Notes under the pieces: model-generated
Seen by the model: only the letters and a program-made list of their open reading frames with translations
What the model was told of the DNA's origin: nothing
The model's database searches: none
Shown: positions 19,271 through 28,685 of the stretch, one piece after another
Layout: every line of letters begins with the position of its first letter
Position numbering within the stretch: the first letter of the stretch is position 1
Virus record (IMG/VR): IMGVR_UViG_3300036939_000082
Coordinates: 64,001 to 128,000 of that record
Source of the DNA: a virus
Length of the DNA: 64,000 nt
Direction: 5' to 3' (one strand)
Program-made: the position numbers and the translations under genes

Positions 19271-19427
19271 TTCCTAAAATCTCCCTGTCTTTGTTTTTAG
19301 GCAACCGTCTAATGAATAAGCGAACAACGTCTGTCATGTGCAATCCTTGACGATCGGCTTCTTTTTGAAGTTGATCGCGCTCTTCCTTTGTTAGTGTCAC
19401 CTGAAAGCTATATGACCTATTTATCAA
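19263..19427 (-). CDS. CopG/ribbon-helix-helix transcriptional regulator
   Basis: SFQVTLTKEERDQLQKEADRQGLHMTDVVRLFIRRLP; GGAGG before the TTG start at 19427. Confidence 0.75.
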   Translation of the reverse strand: MINRSYSFQVTLTKEERDQLQKEADRQGLHMTDVVRLFIRRLPKNKDREILGNE

Positions 19428-19489
19428 ACTTGCCTCCGCGTCTGTATAAACATTGTATCTACTAATGATACAGACAGGTACACAGCAAG

Positions 19490-21403
19490 TCAAGCTAATT
19501 GTAGAATTATTCTTACGCCAAAACCGCCAATCGCCGCCACAAACAAAGACTTATCAAAACAGCGCGCTTCAATCAATTCACCTGTTAAGTATATTTTGAT
19601 AGAATCGACGAAAGTGTCGGATTCACATCGCCCCAAGAATTCAACCAGTAAGTACGGAAACTCTCTAGAAACAGCAGTTGATCGCCTTGCTGTTTTCCAT
19701 TTCGCATTGCTGAGAGCAACTATAGAAATAGGGGGATAGACCAGCCAGCCAAGTGTCGTCGATAGCTGGCACTCCCAATTCTTAGAGTCTGACGCCTGTT
19801 TTAACATTGGGAATAGCTCGTGCAGGGCGATCGCCCGCTGTGGAATTACTTCTTTCTCAACAACCGTTAGGATGCGTCGGCTGTACCGACGAGTGAAGTG
19901 GCACAACTGAATTAATTCAGTAGTTTCAGCGCTCGATCGCCCTTGCCCCGATTTTCTAACGAAGTAATTCCAAGGTGCGCCAGAATTCCAAAAACCAGAG
20001 GCAATAATTGAGCCAATCTTTTTAACTTCTTCAACCTTGGTTGCAGCATAGGGCTGTAGAAAATTTTGGTGCAAGTCAAAAAAGCGATCGCCCTGGAACG
20101 CTGAAATACTTGTAAGACGATCGCCCGTTGGTATTTCAGTTTCGACAGTCGTAACTTCTACTGTTAAAATCTGTTCGCTAAATCGCCCGCCCGACACAAC
20201 CTTTTCTGAAACCTCAAGCCAAATTCCCGGACTGCAAATTAAGGTTTCCACCTTTGCAGACTCAGTTAAAACGCCGTCGCCGTAATAAAACTTAGCAGGG
20301 TGTGCGCGCGATCGCCCCGACTCATCGGAAACTTTGGCGACAGTTCCGTAGAGATCCCCGTAAAAAGCTAATGCCATTGGCGGGCGAGGGGGAGGAATAA
20401 CAGTTGTTGGTTTCGCCCATCCAAAAGCGTCGCCGTACCGACAAGCTTTATCCCAAAAAGTCCAGCGCCTTTCTGCCCTGACAACTTCTTGCTGTTTTTT
20501 GACGAGCCGGGGCTGGTAGCGATCGCCGTAGTGGATGCCGTCGCACTCAAACTTGTACTTGTGGGCGATCGGTTTTGGCGGTAAAACTTTTGGTTCTAAT
20601 GCTTTGACGGGAAAATGAAACCATCCGATTACGGTCGGGGTCGATGTTGCCATCCAAATCTCGTGATTGAGATTGAATATATCGGGGAATATTTTGTGCC
20701 AGTCGGTTTCGTCTAATTCGTTGAAGTGCATCCAGGGGCGGTATATTCCCATCATCGAACACTCATCGGAAATTTCGTTGGGCTTGCGGTACAGCAGCCG
20801 GCGACTGCTGTACCTGTTGCCGTAAACCCAACTGCCACCGGGATCTGTAAATATTTTGTAGCGAGGTCGGTAAGTCCTTCCGGGAGCGTCGCCCCAACCC
20901 ATCCGCTGCAAGTCGTTGAAAGTTTGAGTGCGGAAATGATTGTAGCGAGTTCCGCAGGTTATCCAGTTGGGCGGTTCTTCGAGCGGGAACCGACCCAGGG
21001 GTTGTCTGATTTCTAGTAGATGGCGATCGTCCGACTTGTCCCAAAGCAGCCACAGGGCGATCGCCATCCGAATCCCTTTTTCCGTTCCTTTAATCTGCCA
21101 ATACTTCCAGGCAGATTTAATTAGATTTCGTTTGTGGATTGTTGGCCACTCGGGATTGATACCAATTCCCAAATAGTGATCTTCAATTTTCCCCAAACCA
21201 ACAAATTGACCTAGCCAGTCCAAGTGTGGAAAAGATGCGGGGTGATCTGGATCGTAGAGATATTCTTGGAGCTGGACTATCTTGTAGAGGATGTCCAGTT
21301 GTGGCTGGACTCCTACGTCGCACAAATGCTGCAATAAACCGATTTCGTCCGCCAACTGTGCGTACAGCGGAAGCATTTCAAAGAGGCGACGAGAATGTGG
21401 CAT
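19490..21403 (-). CDS. Baseplate wedge / P2 gpI-like tail protein
   Basis: LFEMLPLYAQ...LDWLGQFVGL...KRNLIKSAWKYWQIKGTEKGIRMAI. Confidence 0.8.
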   Translation of the reverse strand: MPHSRRLFEMLPLYAQLADEIGLLQHLCDVGVQPQLDILYKIVQLQEYLYDPDHPASFPHLDWLGQFVGLGKIEDHYLGIGINPEWPTIHKRNLIKSAWKYWQIKGTEKGIRMAIALWLLWDKSDDRHLLEIRQPLGRFPLEEPPNWITCGTRYNHFRTQTFNDLQRMGWGDAPGRTYRPRYKIFTDPGGSWVYGNRYSSRRLLYRKPNEISDECSMMGIYRPWMHFNELDETDWHKIFPDIFNLNHEIWMATSTPTVIGWFHFPVKALEPKVLPPKPIAHKYKFECDGIHYGDRYQPRLVKKQQEVVRAERRWTFWDKACRYGDAFGWAKPTTVIPPPRPPMALAFYGDLYGTVAKVSDESGRSRAHPAKFYYGDGVLTESAKVETLICSPGIWLEVSEKVVSGGRFSEQILTVEVTTVETEIPTGDRLTSISAFQGDRFFDLHQNFLQPYAATKVEEVKKIGSIIASGFWNSGAPWNYFVRKSGQGRSSAETTELIQLCHFTRRYSRRILTVVEKEVIPQRAIALHELFPMLKQASDSKNWECQLSTTLGWLVYPPISIVALSNAKWKTARRSTAVSREFPYLLVEFLGRCESDTFVDSIKIYLTGELIEARCFDKSLFVAAIGGFGVRIILQLA

Positions 21404-21439
21404 TTTTTATTGTATAATTTTTGATTACAATTTAATTGT

Positions 21440-21766
21440 ATGTTTGTATTGAGCAGTCCATCGCTGATTGTAGCAGAAGGTCGGTTAGCGCGATTCTCTG
21501 TAATCAGAAAACAAGATATCTCTCTTCCAGAAAGAGTCCGGGTTACTTCGCAAAACGGAACAGCTAAAGCGGGTATTGACTTTGATCGCCTCGATCGCCT
21601 TTTGTTGTTCATACCCGGTCAGAGGCAGTGCGATATAGAAATTCCAATATTTGAAGATAATAGTTTAAACTTCGATCGTGACTTTACCGTACATTTAAGT
21701 TCAATAAGTGAAATCGGAGAGCCAAATATAATGAATGTAGAAATAGTTGACGTATGCTTTGATTGA
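21440..21766 (+). CDS. Standalone Calx-beta domain protein
   Basis: VAEGRLARFSVIR...VRVTSQNGTAKAGIDF...LLFIPGQRQCDIEIPIFED. Confidence 0.85.
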   Translation: MFVLSSPSLIVAEGRLARFSVIRKQDISLPERVRVTSQNGTAKAGIDFDRLDRLLLFIPGQRQCDIEIPIFEDNSLNFDRDFTVHLSSISEIGEPNIMNVEIVDVCFD

Positions 21767-22103
21767 TGCTTGCTTATTTTGTTTTTCTTGGGTTATAGTA
21801 TTAATATGTGTATACAACAAAGCAATGAGAAGCATAAACGTCAAAATTTCTTGTTTCACAGGATACTGGATAGTTCCAAAATCTAATATTGAAAAGTTCA
21901 AGGAAACTGCCTTGTCAATACCCCGAACTAACGGGATAATCTTCGACGAATTTGCAGAAAGATTAAGACCTTTAGCAGAGGAATATGTGTCGGTTGGCGA
22001 AATAGCCAGACAGTGGAGAGAATGGAATTATAATATTCCAGAATTTGGTTCTAATAATTTCCCTAAAAACGACGCAAGTGTTGTAATAGACATACAGTCG
22101 TAA
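21747..22103 (+). CDS. Hypothetical accessory protein
   Basis: AT-rich ORF ending before terminator 22109-22149; true start may be internal (MRSINV). Confidence 0.55.
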   Translation: MTYALIDACLFCFSWVIVLICVYNKAMRSINVKISCFTGYWIVPKSNIEKFKETALSIPRTNGIIFDEFAERLRPLAEEYVSVGEIARQWREWNYNIPEFGSNNFPKNDASVVIDIQS

Positions 22104-22108
22104 TTGTT

Positions 22109-22149
22109 AAAAAGTCCGCAACCTATTAATTTAGGTTGCGGACTTTTTT
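22109..22149. terminator. Bidirectional terminator
   Basis: AAAAAGTCCGCAACCTA...TAGGTTGCGGACTTTTTT. Confidence 0.85.
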
Positions 22150-22169
22150 GTATTTGTTTTTATCTACGA

Positions 22170-22299
22170 TCAAGTCAAAGTCAAGCAACTTTTCTGAGCT
22201 TTGAGAATCTCGATCGCCAGATCTAAATTTAACGACACCGAATCTAGAGCTGACACCCGATTTTCAAGTTCGGTGATTTGCCTCGACCGAGCAATCGCC
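22170..22299 (-). pseudogene. Diverged relic of the last ~43 codons of the IPT/TIG gene
   Basis: AIARSRQITELENRVSALDSVSLNLDLAIEILKAQKSCLTLT* vs AIAQSRQISELEQRMMAMDSMQLNLDLAIAILKAQGSSLSLL* (22889-23018); same 130-nt length. Confidence 0.85.
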
Positions 22300-22400
22300 T
22301 TTTTGCAGTTAAAATATTTAATACATCGATTAATATCTTGTTTAATTTAATTACTTAAGTTATAATATAATTAAGTACAAATTAATCACAAAACAAACAA

Positions 22401-22775
22401 ATGGGAACTAAAACTCTAAAAATCCATGCAAACAAGGAAGATTTTCCATCTTCTGTTTCAACTGAAGAGGTCTTAAAACTCGTTGAACAAATGTGGGTTA
22501 ATTATGTCAAAAAAATACTCAAAGCTGTTCAAACAACAATTGAACTACCTAGCGAACGTTTGTCAGAAGAAGAATTAGATAAACTTTCTTCTGAAAGTTC
22601 ATTTGAATGTGATGTGTTTAAATGGAAATATTTAACACAAGATGAACCTACCTGTATAACAGGTAGTCTCGAAGTATCTTGTCCCGAGTGCACCCCAGAA
22701 ATCATTGGAAATCATTGGGGTAGCCCTAGCGAATACCCTTGGATTAAATTTTCAGAAAAAGTTTCTGATAAATAA
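22401..22775 (+). CDS. Hypothetical accessory protein
   Basis: 124-aa AT-rich ORF with TATAAT near 22360 and terminator 22834-22874. Confidence 0.75.
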   Translation: MGTKTLKIHANKEDFPSSVSTEEVLKLVEQMWVNYVKKILKAVQTTIELPSERLSEEELDKLSSESSFECDVFKWKYLTQDEPTCITGSLEVSCPECTPEIIGNHWGSPSEYPWIKFSEKVSDK

Positions 22776-22833
22776 CTCAAGTCTTGAGATAACAGCCATT
22801 AAAGCACTAGCAAGTTAATAATGGTTAAATGAC

Positions 22834-22874
22834 AAAAAGCCTGCAATCTAAATCAATAGATTGCAGGCTTTTTT
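22834..22874. terminator. Bidirectional terminator
   Basis: AAAAAGCCTGCAATCTA...TAGATTGCAGGCTTTTTT. Confidence 0.85.
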
Positions 22875-22888
22875 GTGTCAAATTTCGA

Positions 22889-23707
22889 TCAAAGCAAACT
22901 TAAACTGCTTCCTTGAGCCTTGAGAATCGCGATCGCCAGATCGAGATTCAACTGCATCGAATCCATTGCCATCATTCGCTGCTCAAGTTCTGATATTTGC
23001 CTCGACTGAGCGATCGCCATTGAACTCAAGCTACCGACCATTGCCATCAAAACATCTTGAGGTGTAGATTCTGGGGTTTTAAGTTCCCAGCGAATCCAAC
23101 TATTCGTCGCCATATCCCAATATTCAAATCCGTCGCCCACAGTCCTAAAAGTAGGATTCGGGACGGGATGCAAAACTTGGAACGATTCCGAATCCTCGCC
23201 TGCAACAGTTTTAACTTTTAACAGAAGGTTGCCCGGTTCGACAGCGGGAATTTTGACTCGAATTTTGCTCGAATCAATTACAGCAACGTCTGTAGCGGGT
23301 ACATCGCCAAAAAATACGGATGTCGCTGGTGTAAATCCGGAACCTTTAATCGTCGCGATCGCCCCGACAACAGGAGAATCCGCGCAAACAACCTTAATGC
23401 TGGGGGGAGGCTGCGGTTTTATCGGCGGGGGCGGTGGAGAAATTACAGAGTCGCTGTTGATCGCCACCCGTACTGCGTTGGACTTTACCCCGGCGCGATC
23501 GGCGACAACAAAGTAAGTTCCCGGAGGGACGGCTGGGACAACCGCCGAGATTTGAGTTTGGCTGTGGAATGTTGTCTTTAATTTTACAGTTTCCCCTAGC
23601 TGAATAAAAGTTTCCTTTGTAAATCCGCTGCCGTTAATCGCAATCCTTTTGTTTGGCAGTACCAGCCAAGGGGAGATTGACACAATGCGAAGAGGTTTAA
23701 GAATCAT
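22889..23707 (-). CDS. IPT/TIG-domain protein (two domains) with C-terminal coiled coil
   Basis: ISPW...IAINGSGFT...HSQTQISAVVP; ATIKGSGFTPATSVFFGDVPATDVAVIDSSKIRVKIP. Confidence 0.85.
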   Translation of the reverse strand: MILKPLRIVSISPWLVLPNKRIAINGSGFTKETFIQLGETVKLKTTFHSQTQISAVVPAVPPGTYFVVADRAGVKSNAVRVAINSDSVISPPPPPIKPQPPPSIKVVCADSPVVGAIATIKGSGFTPATSVFFGDVPATDVAVIDSSKIRVKIPAVEPGNLLLKVKTVAGEDSESFQVLHPVPNPTFRTVGDGFEYWDMATNSWIRWELKTPESTPQDVLMAMVGSLSSMAIAQSRQISELEQRMMAMDSMQLNLDLAIAILKAQGSSLSLL

Positions 23708-23708
23708 G

Positions 23709-24278
23709 TTAGAAACTGTTCCCGAACGCGCCGTAATCGCCGATCATTTCTACGTCATCGTAAGATAGGGTCATTGACAGCGTACAAAGATCCTCGCCGT
23801 CCATGTCAAAGTCCGGGATTTCGCAAGAAGATGGGAAGACTCCAATTAACTTGCAAACAATAGGTGGATTCTCGTCATACAAGCGGTGATAAATAATTGA
23901 CACTAATTTTTTGTATTTAGGGTCAATCCCCGGAACAGCCCCGTAAGTTTTGGCAGCAACGTCGCCGCCGGTTGCGTTGACTAACTCCCTAGTTCGCGCA
24001 TAGGTAGCCCGCAAAGCAGAACCGCGGTCGATACACATGGAAAACCACCGCATATATTCGTTTCTAGCTTTGTCGTCGGCAAAGTCTAGTGTGATGCCAA
24101 AATCGCCCGGGTTGATCCGACCGATCGGAACTTTAGTTTTATCCGGGCGATCGGCTGTAGCAATTTCAATGTTGATTGCATCCCTAGTAATAATTCGGTT
24201 GCATTCAGGCAATCCTTCGACAACAAATCGCTGCTTGTTTTGAGGGATCGGATTTGGAGATAAAGTTGCTTTACGCAT
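23709..24278 (-). CDS. Tail tube protein (T4 gp19-like)
   Basis: Follows sheath; QRFVVEG, GDFGITLDF...YMRWF, LSMTLSYD. Confidence 0.8.
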   Translation of the reverse strand: MRKATLSPNPIPQNKQRFVVEGLPECNRIITRDAINIEIATADRPDKTKVPIGRINPGDFGITLDFADDKARNEYMRWFSMCIDRGSALRATYARTRELVNATGGDVAAKTYGAVPGIDPKYKKLVSIIYHRLYDENPPIVCKLIGVFPSSCEIPDFDMDGEDLCTLSMTLSYDDVEMIGDYGAFGNSF

Positions 24279-24299
24279 TGTACAGAAACCTCAAAAAAG

Positions 24300-27200
24300 T
24301 TACAGAGAATTAGAACCCGTGCTACCAGTCCCAGTGCGAGATACTACAGTCTCCGGTCCCACAAAAATTTGCAGTCTTTCCAGTACCCCTGTCGGGACGT
24401 AGCTGTAATAAATGTTCAGTTCTCCATTGAGGATGGAAACCATCACGTCAAAATCGCCGCTTTCGCGTCCCGAAGAGTCAATTCTTACCGCCTGGTCAAA
24501 AGACAAATACCTAGTGTAAACGCCTTTTTGATATTCCCGTCGCGCAAAGCTTTCAAGAATTAGTACGATTTGCTGTGCCAATTCAGGTTGATTTGGTTGA
24601 AACAGCGCTTCTAAGAAGCTTTTTGCTTCTATAAAAATTCGCACGTAATTCGATTGGGTTCGTCGGACGTGGAGAAAAGTATAAATGTCGTCGATAGACG
24701 GACACCTTGCGCCAAAAACTATGACTCGGCCTGCATAGACTTTTATCGGTTGAATTCCGACCAAATTTAAAATTGCTTCGTCGCTAGGACTGGGAATAAA
24801 CGGCAGTTTTGTTACCCTCGACAATCGAGCATCAATCCCAGCAGCGGGGTAGTGGTAGCCTTCTGCTAAACTAGCTTTGGCGCTTTCTAGTCCCATAATG
24901 TCGCCCGAAAGCGAGACAAACCGATCGCCAGTTCCCCTCGGATTTGAAACGTACCCATAGGAAGGAAACGCAACTGATATACAGTCGTTGCGCTCTAAAT
25001 CTTGATTGACAAAAACCTCAGCTACGGCTGAATTGTTGATGTTTGATGGAATTTCTGCCCGATACTCAAATGCTTTTTGATAGGCATATTCAATGCCCGC
25101 CTTTTGAGTTGATATGTCGGCAATACCGGGAACTGCCATCCTCACGAGTCCGACGTTTCGTCCGAAGACGGCGGTTTCTAAATAATTCCGATCGAGGTCG
25201 AAATACTTCGTGAAGTTGTAAGGAGTCAATCTCGCCGTGTCGCCGTCGTACCCGGATTTTAAATATTCGGGGTAAGAAACCAAGAAGCGATCGCCGACTT
25301 TGCAGTAATTAGTAAAATCGTTGCCCTGATCTACAAGCAAATACCCGGAACGCATCGCTTCTGTACCCGACCGAACGTTTTCTGGAAACATAGTTTCCAA
25401 AATTAATTCGGTATCGCTCGGTATCAACCTAATTTTGCGAACGGTTCCCGATGTCGGGTCGTAGAGGTAATCGCCTCTCTTCAACTGCCTGCGGAAAATC
25501 GTTCTAGTACCCGTAACGTTTACACCGCTAGAACTGATCGATCCTTCTAGGGGTAAAGGAGCGCTGGCATTTTTTACCCTCATCCCGTTGCGCGGGTATT
25601 TGTAGGGGTTGGGATAAAACAGGCGACCGATGGTGGCAGAGTAATCGAAGTCGCCGACTGTATAGAGCCTTTGAGCCGCTAGCTCTAGTATTTTGCCCGT
25701 ACCGTTGCAGGGGCGAACGTCGGACTGCACTCCCGTCGTGTAAGTCGAACTCCACAATGCTTCGACAACGATCCACGTTTGGTAGTTTTGCCCCGATGTT
25801 CTGTAGCCGATGTTGCCGTCGTTGACGATCGTCTCGACAAAATAAGGATCGTCCCTTTCCAGGGAGGCGTCTGGAACCGACATCATCAGAGTTCCGTTGA
25901 AGTAGCACTTCAAGGAAAAATGAGTGTCTGGGTATCTGGTTCCCTGCCCGATTTCTACCGCCAACCCGACATTTTCCGGCTGTTCGAGTTTTACGCTAAC
26001 TTTTTGAGACTGTTTTGTTAGTTGAGAGTCGGTAAAACCGGAAGAAAAACGGGGGAATACTTTAAATCTCTGAAGGGCTGAATCGATTTCAACAACAGTG
26101 ACTGCTTCTCCCCGGCGGTTCGGATCGATAATTGCATCGCCAGTTTTTAGATCGGCTTCGTATTCTGAGTTGCGACCCGTGACCCACAAATTGTCAGCGT
26201 AGGCAGATGAACCGGCTAAAATCGGAAAATCAAAACCGGAAACAAGGCTCAAGGAAGTGGGAGAAGAAATTGACGCAATTTCTCGGCTGTATTCTTCGCC
26301 GTTATCTGAAAAATAGATAGAATCTCCGGGCTTCAATTCAGAGACAAATTCTGTTCCGACTCCGCTTACGATAAGGTTGTCGCGCTGCATCAACAAATCT
26401 CTGCCGTCGCTGGTAAAAGGCTCTGCAATAGTTAAAGTGGTATCGGAAGTAATACTTTCAATTCTTCTAGCTTCGCCGTTCAGATAGATGTTTGCGCCTA
26501 CTTTTAATTCCGAAACAAACAAAGTTGATGTTCCCGTAACCGTAGTCATGTTGGCGGTACACTGACCCGACAAATTGGTCAACAGGGGAAACGAGATCGT
26601 GCCGGAAAGCATTCGGGTCGTCGCATAACTCGCAGTTCCGTCTATAGAAATCGGACCCGACACTCCGTCGGCTACAAGGTCGTACTGAGCGCCTACCGTA
26701 AATACAACTTCGCCGGAATCGGCCGCTGCGGTGTTTGCAATTATTTCGTAGGTTTTGCCGGAGCTGGACGAAAAACGAACTTTCGCTCCAATAAATTCGT
26801 TGGATTCTACTAACGGTGCGACTATCGTAAAAGTCCGCGAAGTAGCCACAACAACTGTAGAAATCGGAATTTCATTTTTGTAGCCACCCCAGCGACCGGG
26901 GTTGGCAGCGGTAACTTTGAGAGCGTCCGCACCTTGACGGTTCTTGATAATTAGTTCCGCAGGTCTGGCGTTATCGATTTCAATTCGCGTCAGGAATAAA
27001 ATTCCCTTGCCGTTGGATGTTGCAAAAAAACCGTCGATCGCGTCGGGTCCGAGGTGAGCTCCATTTTCATACAAGTGCCACGCCGGATTCTTTGGATCTC
27101 CAAACAGTTCGAGATACTGTTTTTTCGAGGAAATTGGCACGGGGATGTTAGTTGGCCCGCGACGGGCGTTCATCCAAAACGCAACAGCTCCGTAACTGGG

Positions 27201-27302
27201 ATCGTCGAGCATACTCGCTGAACGCTGCTCGATTACGGAAACTCCGGGCGCGCCTTCAGGCGGTCCAAAAATCTTGATTGATTGTTGCAAAGCGCTAGGC
27301 AT
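24300..27302 (-). CDS. Contractile tail sheath protein with inserted domains
   Basis: PGVSVIEQ, ARRGPTNIPVPISS..QYLELFG, AANPGRWG, LNLVGIQPI...VIVFGARC...VRR C-terminal sheath motifs. Confidence 0.92.
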   Translation of the reverse strand: MPSALQQSIKIFGPPEGAPGVSVIEQRSASMLDDPSYGAVAFWMNARRGPTNIPVPISSKKQYLELFGDPKNPAWHLYENGAHLGPDAIDGFFATSNGKGILFLTRIEIDNARPAELIIKNRQGADALKVTAANPGRWGGYKNEIPISTVVVATSRTFTIVAPLVESNEFIGAKVRFSSSSGKTYEIIANTAAADSGEVVFTVGAQYDLVADGVSGPISIDGTASYATTRMLSGTISFPLLTNLSGQCTANMTTVTGTSTLFVSELKVGANIYLNGEARRIESITSDTTLTIAEPFTSDGRDLLMQRDNLIVSGVGTEFVSELKPGDSIYFSDNGEEYSREIASISSPTSLSLVSGFDFPILAGSSAYADNLWVTGRNSEYEADLKTGDAIIDPNRRGEAVTVVEIDSALQRFKVFPRFSSGFTDSQLTKQSQKVSVKLEQPENVGLAVEIGQGTRYPDTHFSLKCYFNGTLMMSVPDASLERDDPYFVETIVNDGNIGYRTSGQNYQTWIVVEALWSSTYTTGVQSDVRPCNGTGKILELAAQRLYTVGDFDYSATIGRLFYPNPYKYPRNGMRVKNASAPLPLEGSISSSGVNVTGTRTIFRRQLKRGDYLYDPTSGTVRKIRLIPSDTELILETMFPENVRSGTEAMRSGYLLVDQGNDFTNYCKVGDRFLVSYPEYLKSGYDGDTARLTPYNFTKYFDLDRNYLETAVFGRNVGLVRMAVPGIADISTQKAGIEYAYQKAFEYRAEIPSNINNSAVAEVFVNQDLERNDCISVAFPSYGYVSNPRGTGDRFVSLSGDIMGLESAKASLAEGYHYPAAGIDARLSRVTKLPFIPSPSDEAILNLVGIQPIKVYAGRVIVFGARCPSIDDIYTFLHVRRTQSNYVRIFIEAKSFLEALFQPNQPELAQQIVLILESFARREYQKGVYTRYLSFDQAVRIDSSGRESGDFDVMVSILNGELNIYYSYVPTGVLERLQIFVGPETVVSRTGTGSTGSNSL

Positions 27303-27724
27303 TATTCTTTAGCTCCTGGTAGTCCTTTGAATCCCGTACCCCTATAACCGGCTTCCCGAATCAGCAAAACCCGCTCGAACAACTGTCGGGTTCCGCCGCC
27401 GATCGGTTTGCGAGTTGGAGGCAGAGATTGTTCTTGTTCGAGAGAATCTAATTGGTCGTGATCGAATTCGAGCAGCGGATCGTCTTCGTCGATCATGATG
27501 CAGCCCGTCGAAACCAATTCTTGCGAATAAGGAAGGGTCTTTAGGTACTCTCGAATGAGGCTAATTTCGTCAAGACTAAAAAATCTCGGTTCGGTAGAAA
27601 CGTAAAACTCAGTGTCATCAAAATCTGGGTTTCCACCGTCGTATTTGTCGCCCTCAAAATCTTCGGGATATCGAATTTGTAAGGGTTCGCGATTAAATCT
27701 CAGATGAACTTGTTCGAGTACCAT
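27302..27724 (-). CDS. Hypothetical protein upstream of sheath
   Basis: 140 aa, stop overlaps sheath start. Confidence 0.7.
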   Translation of the reverse strand: MVLEQVHLRFNREPLQIRYPEDFEGDKYDGGNPDFDDTEFYVSTEPRFFSLDEISLIREYLKTLPYSQELVSTGCIMIDEDDPLLEFDHDQLDSLEQEQSLPPTRKPIGGGTRQLFERVLLIREAGYRGTGFKGLPGAKE

Positions 27725-27798
27725 GTTTGCTCCGATCTAAAAAGCCGGACTAATTAGGGTTAGCCCGGCTTGGGTAAATATTGAATTTTTCATTGAGT

Positions 27799-28119
27799 TT
27801 AATTTACAGTTACCTTCATTTCTGGTTTGGTAAATTTGGCAGAAGGAGTCTCATAAACCCACAGTCCCGGAACTTTGATTGTAAGTTCTGGAATTGTCTG
27901 AGTCGCGTACATTTTTTGATAAAACTTGACGTGCTGATCTTGAACTCCTTCTACAAAAATCAGGTAATGACCTGACGTGTAAGCGTCAACAGGAAGCCCG
28001 GGTTCGATCGCGCTGTTGTTAACAAAATGCAGTTTTGTTAAATCAATCGCTTCCACTTGACCTAAAATTTCTTTTTGATGGTCGGTGAGAGTTAGTGAGG
28101 CTGGAGTCGCTGTAGGCAT
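27799..28119 (-). CDS. Hypothetical protein (paralogue of 28121..28477)
   Basis: Shared VD(A/G)YT(S/N)GHY..F.EG motif. Confidence 0.7.
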   Translation of the reverse strand: MPTATPASLTLTDHQKEILGQVEAIDLTKLHFVNNSAIEPGLPVDAYTSGHYLIFVEGVQDQHVKFYQKMYATQTIPELTIKVPGLWVYETPSAKFTKPEMKVTVN

Positions 28120-28120
28120 A

Positions 28121-28477
28121 CTAGGACGTATAATTAATAGGGCTGATCGGTGCTGCTTGTACGTTCACCAAATTTGCAGGCGTAACGTACCTCTCGGTCG
28201 GACTTCCGTAAATAGTGATACCTCGGAAGCGAGTAGGCATTACAATTTCATAGCTTTTTCCGTACAAATACTGCAAAAACATCGCGTGTTCGGTAGCAGT
28301 ACCTTCAAGAAAAAAAACGTAGTGCCCGTTGGTATAGCCGTCAACTCGCACCGCAGATGGGTGCAAAGTTTCCCGCTTAATGATGTAGATAGAGCTGGGT
28401 GCAATATCTTTTTCAGCTAGCACTTCAAGCTGATCGTCACTAAGCGCTAGATTGTGAGGAACTGTTGGCATAAGCAT
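28121..28477 (-). CDS. Hypothetical protein (paralogue of 27799..28119)
   Basis: L.LSDDQLEVL...VDGYTNGHYVFFLEG. Confidence 0.7.
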   Translation of the reverse strand: MLMPTVPHNLALSDDQLEVLAEKDIAPSSIYIIKRETLHPSAVRVDGYTNGHYVFFLEGTATEHAMFLQYLYGKSYEIVMPTRFRGITIYGSPTERYVTPANLVNVQAAPISPINYTS

Positions 28478-28482
28478 GGGTC

Positions 28483-28631
28483 GCGATCGCCTTAAACGAC
28501 GAAAGGGGCCCTAGGGGCCCCTGCATGGGTTGAGATGGAAATTTGGTGGTTACTGAATCCAGACGACACCAAACCAAAGTTGCGATTGCCTCAAACGACA
28601 AAAGGAACCCCGGGGTTCCTTGTATAGGTTG
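28483..28631. repeat. Two ~50-bp direct repeats with covarying palindromic cores in a divergent intergenic region
   Basis: GCGATCGCCTTAAACGACGAAAGGGGCCCTAGGGGCCCCTGCATGGGTTGA vs GCGATTGCCTCAAACGACAAAAGGAACCCCGGGGTTCCTTGTATAGGTTGA. Confidence 0.8.
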
Positions 28632-28685
28632 AAGTATTTTTAGTATTTAGCGTATGCTAACACTACAAGCGATTGGAATCAAGTT

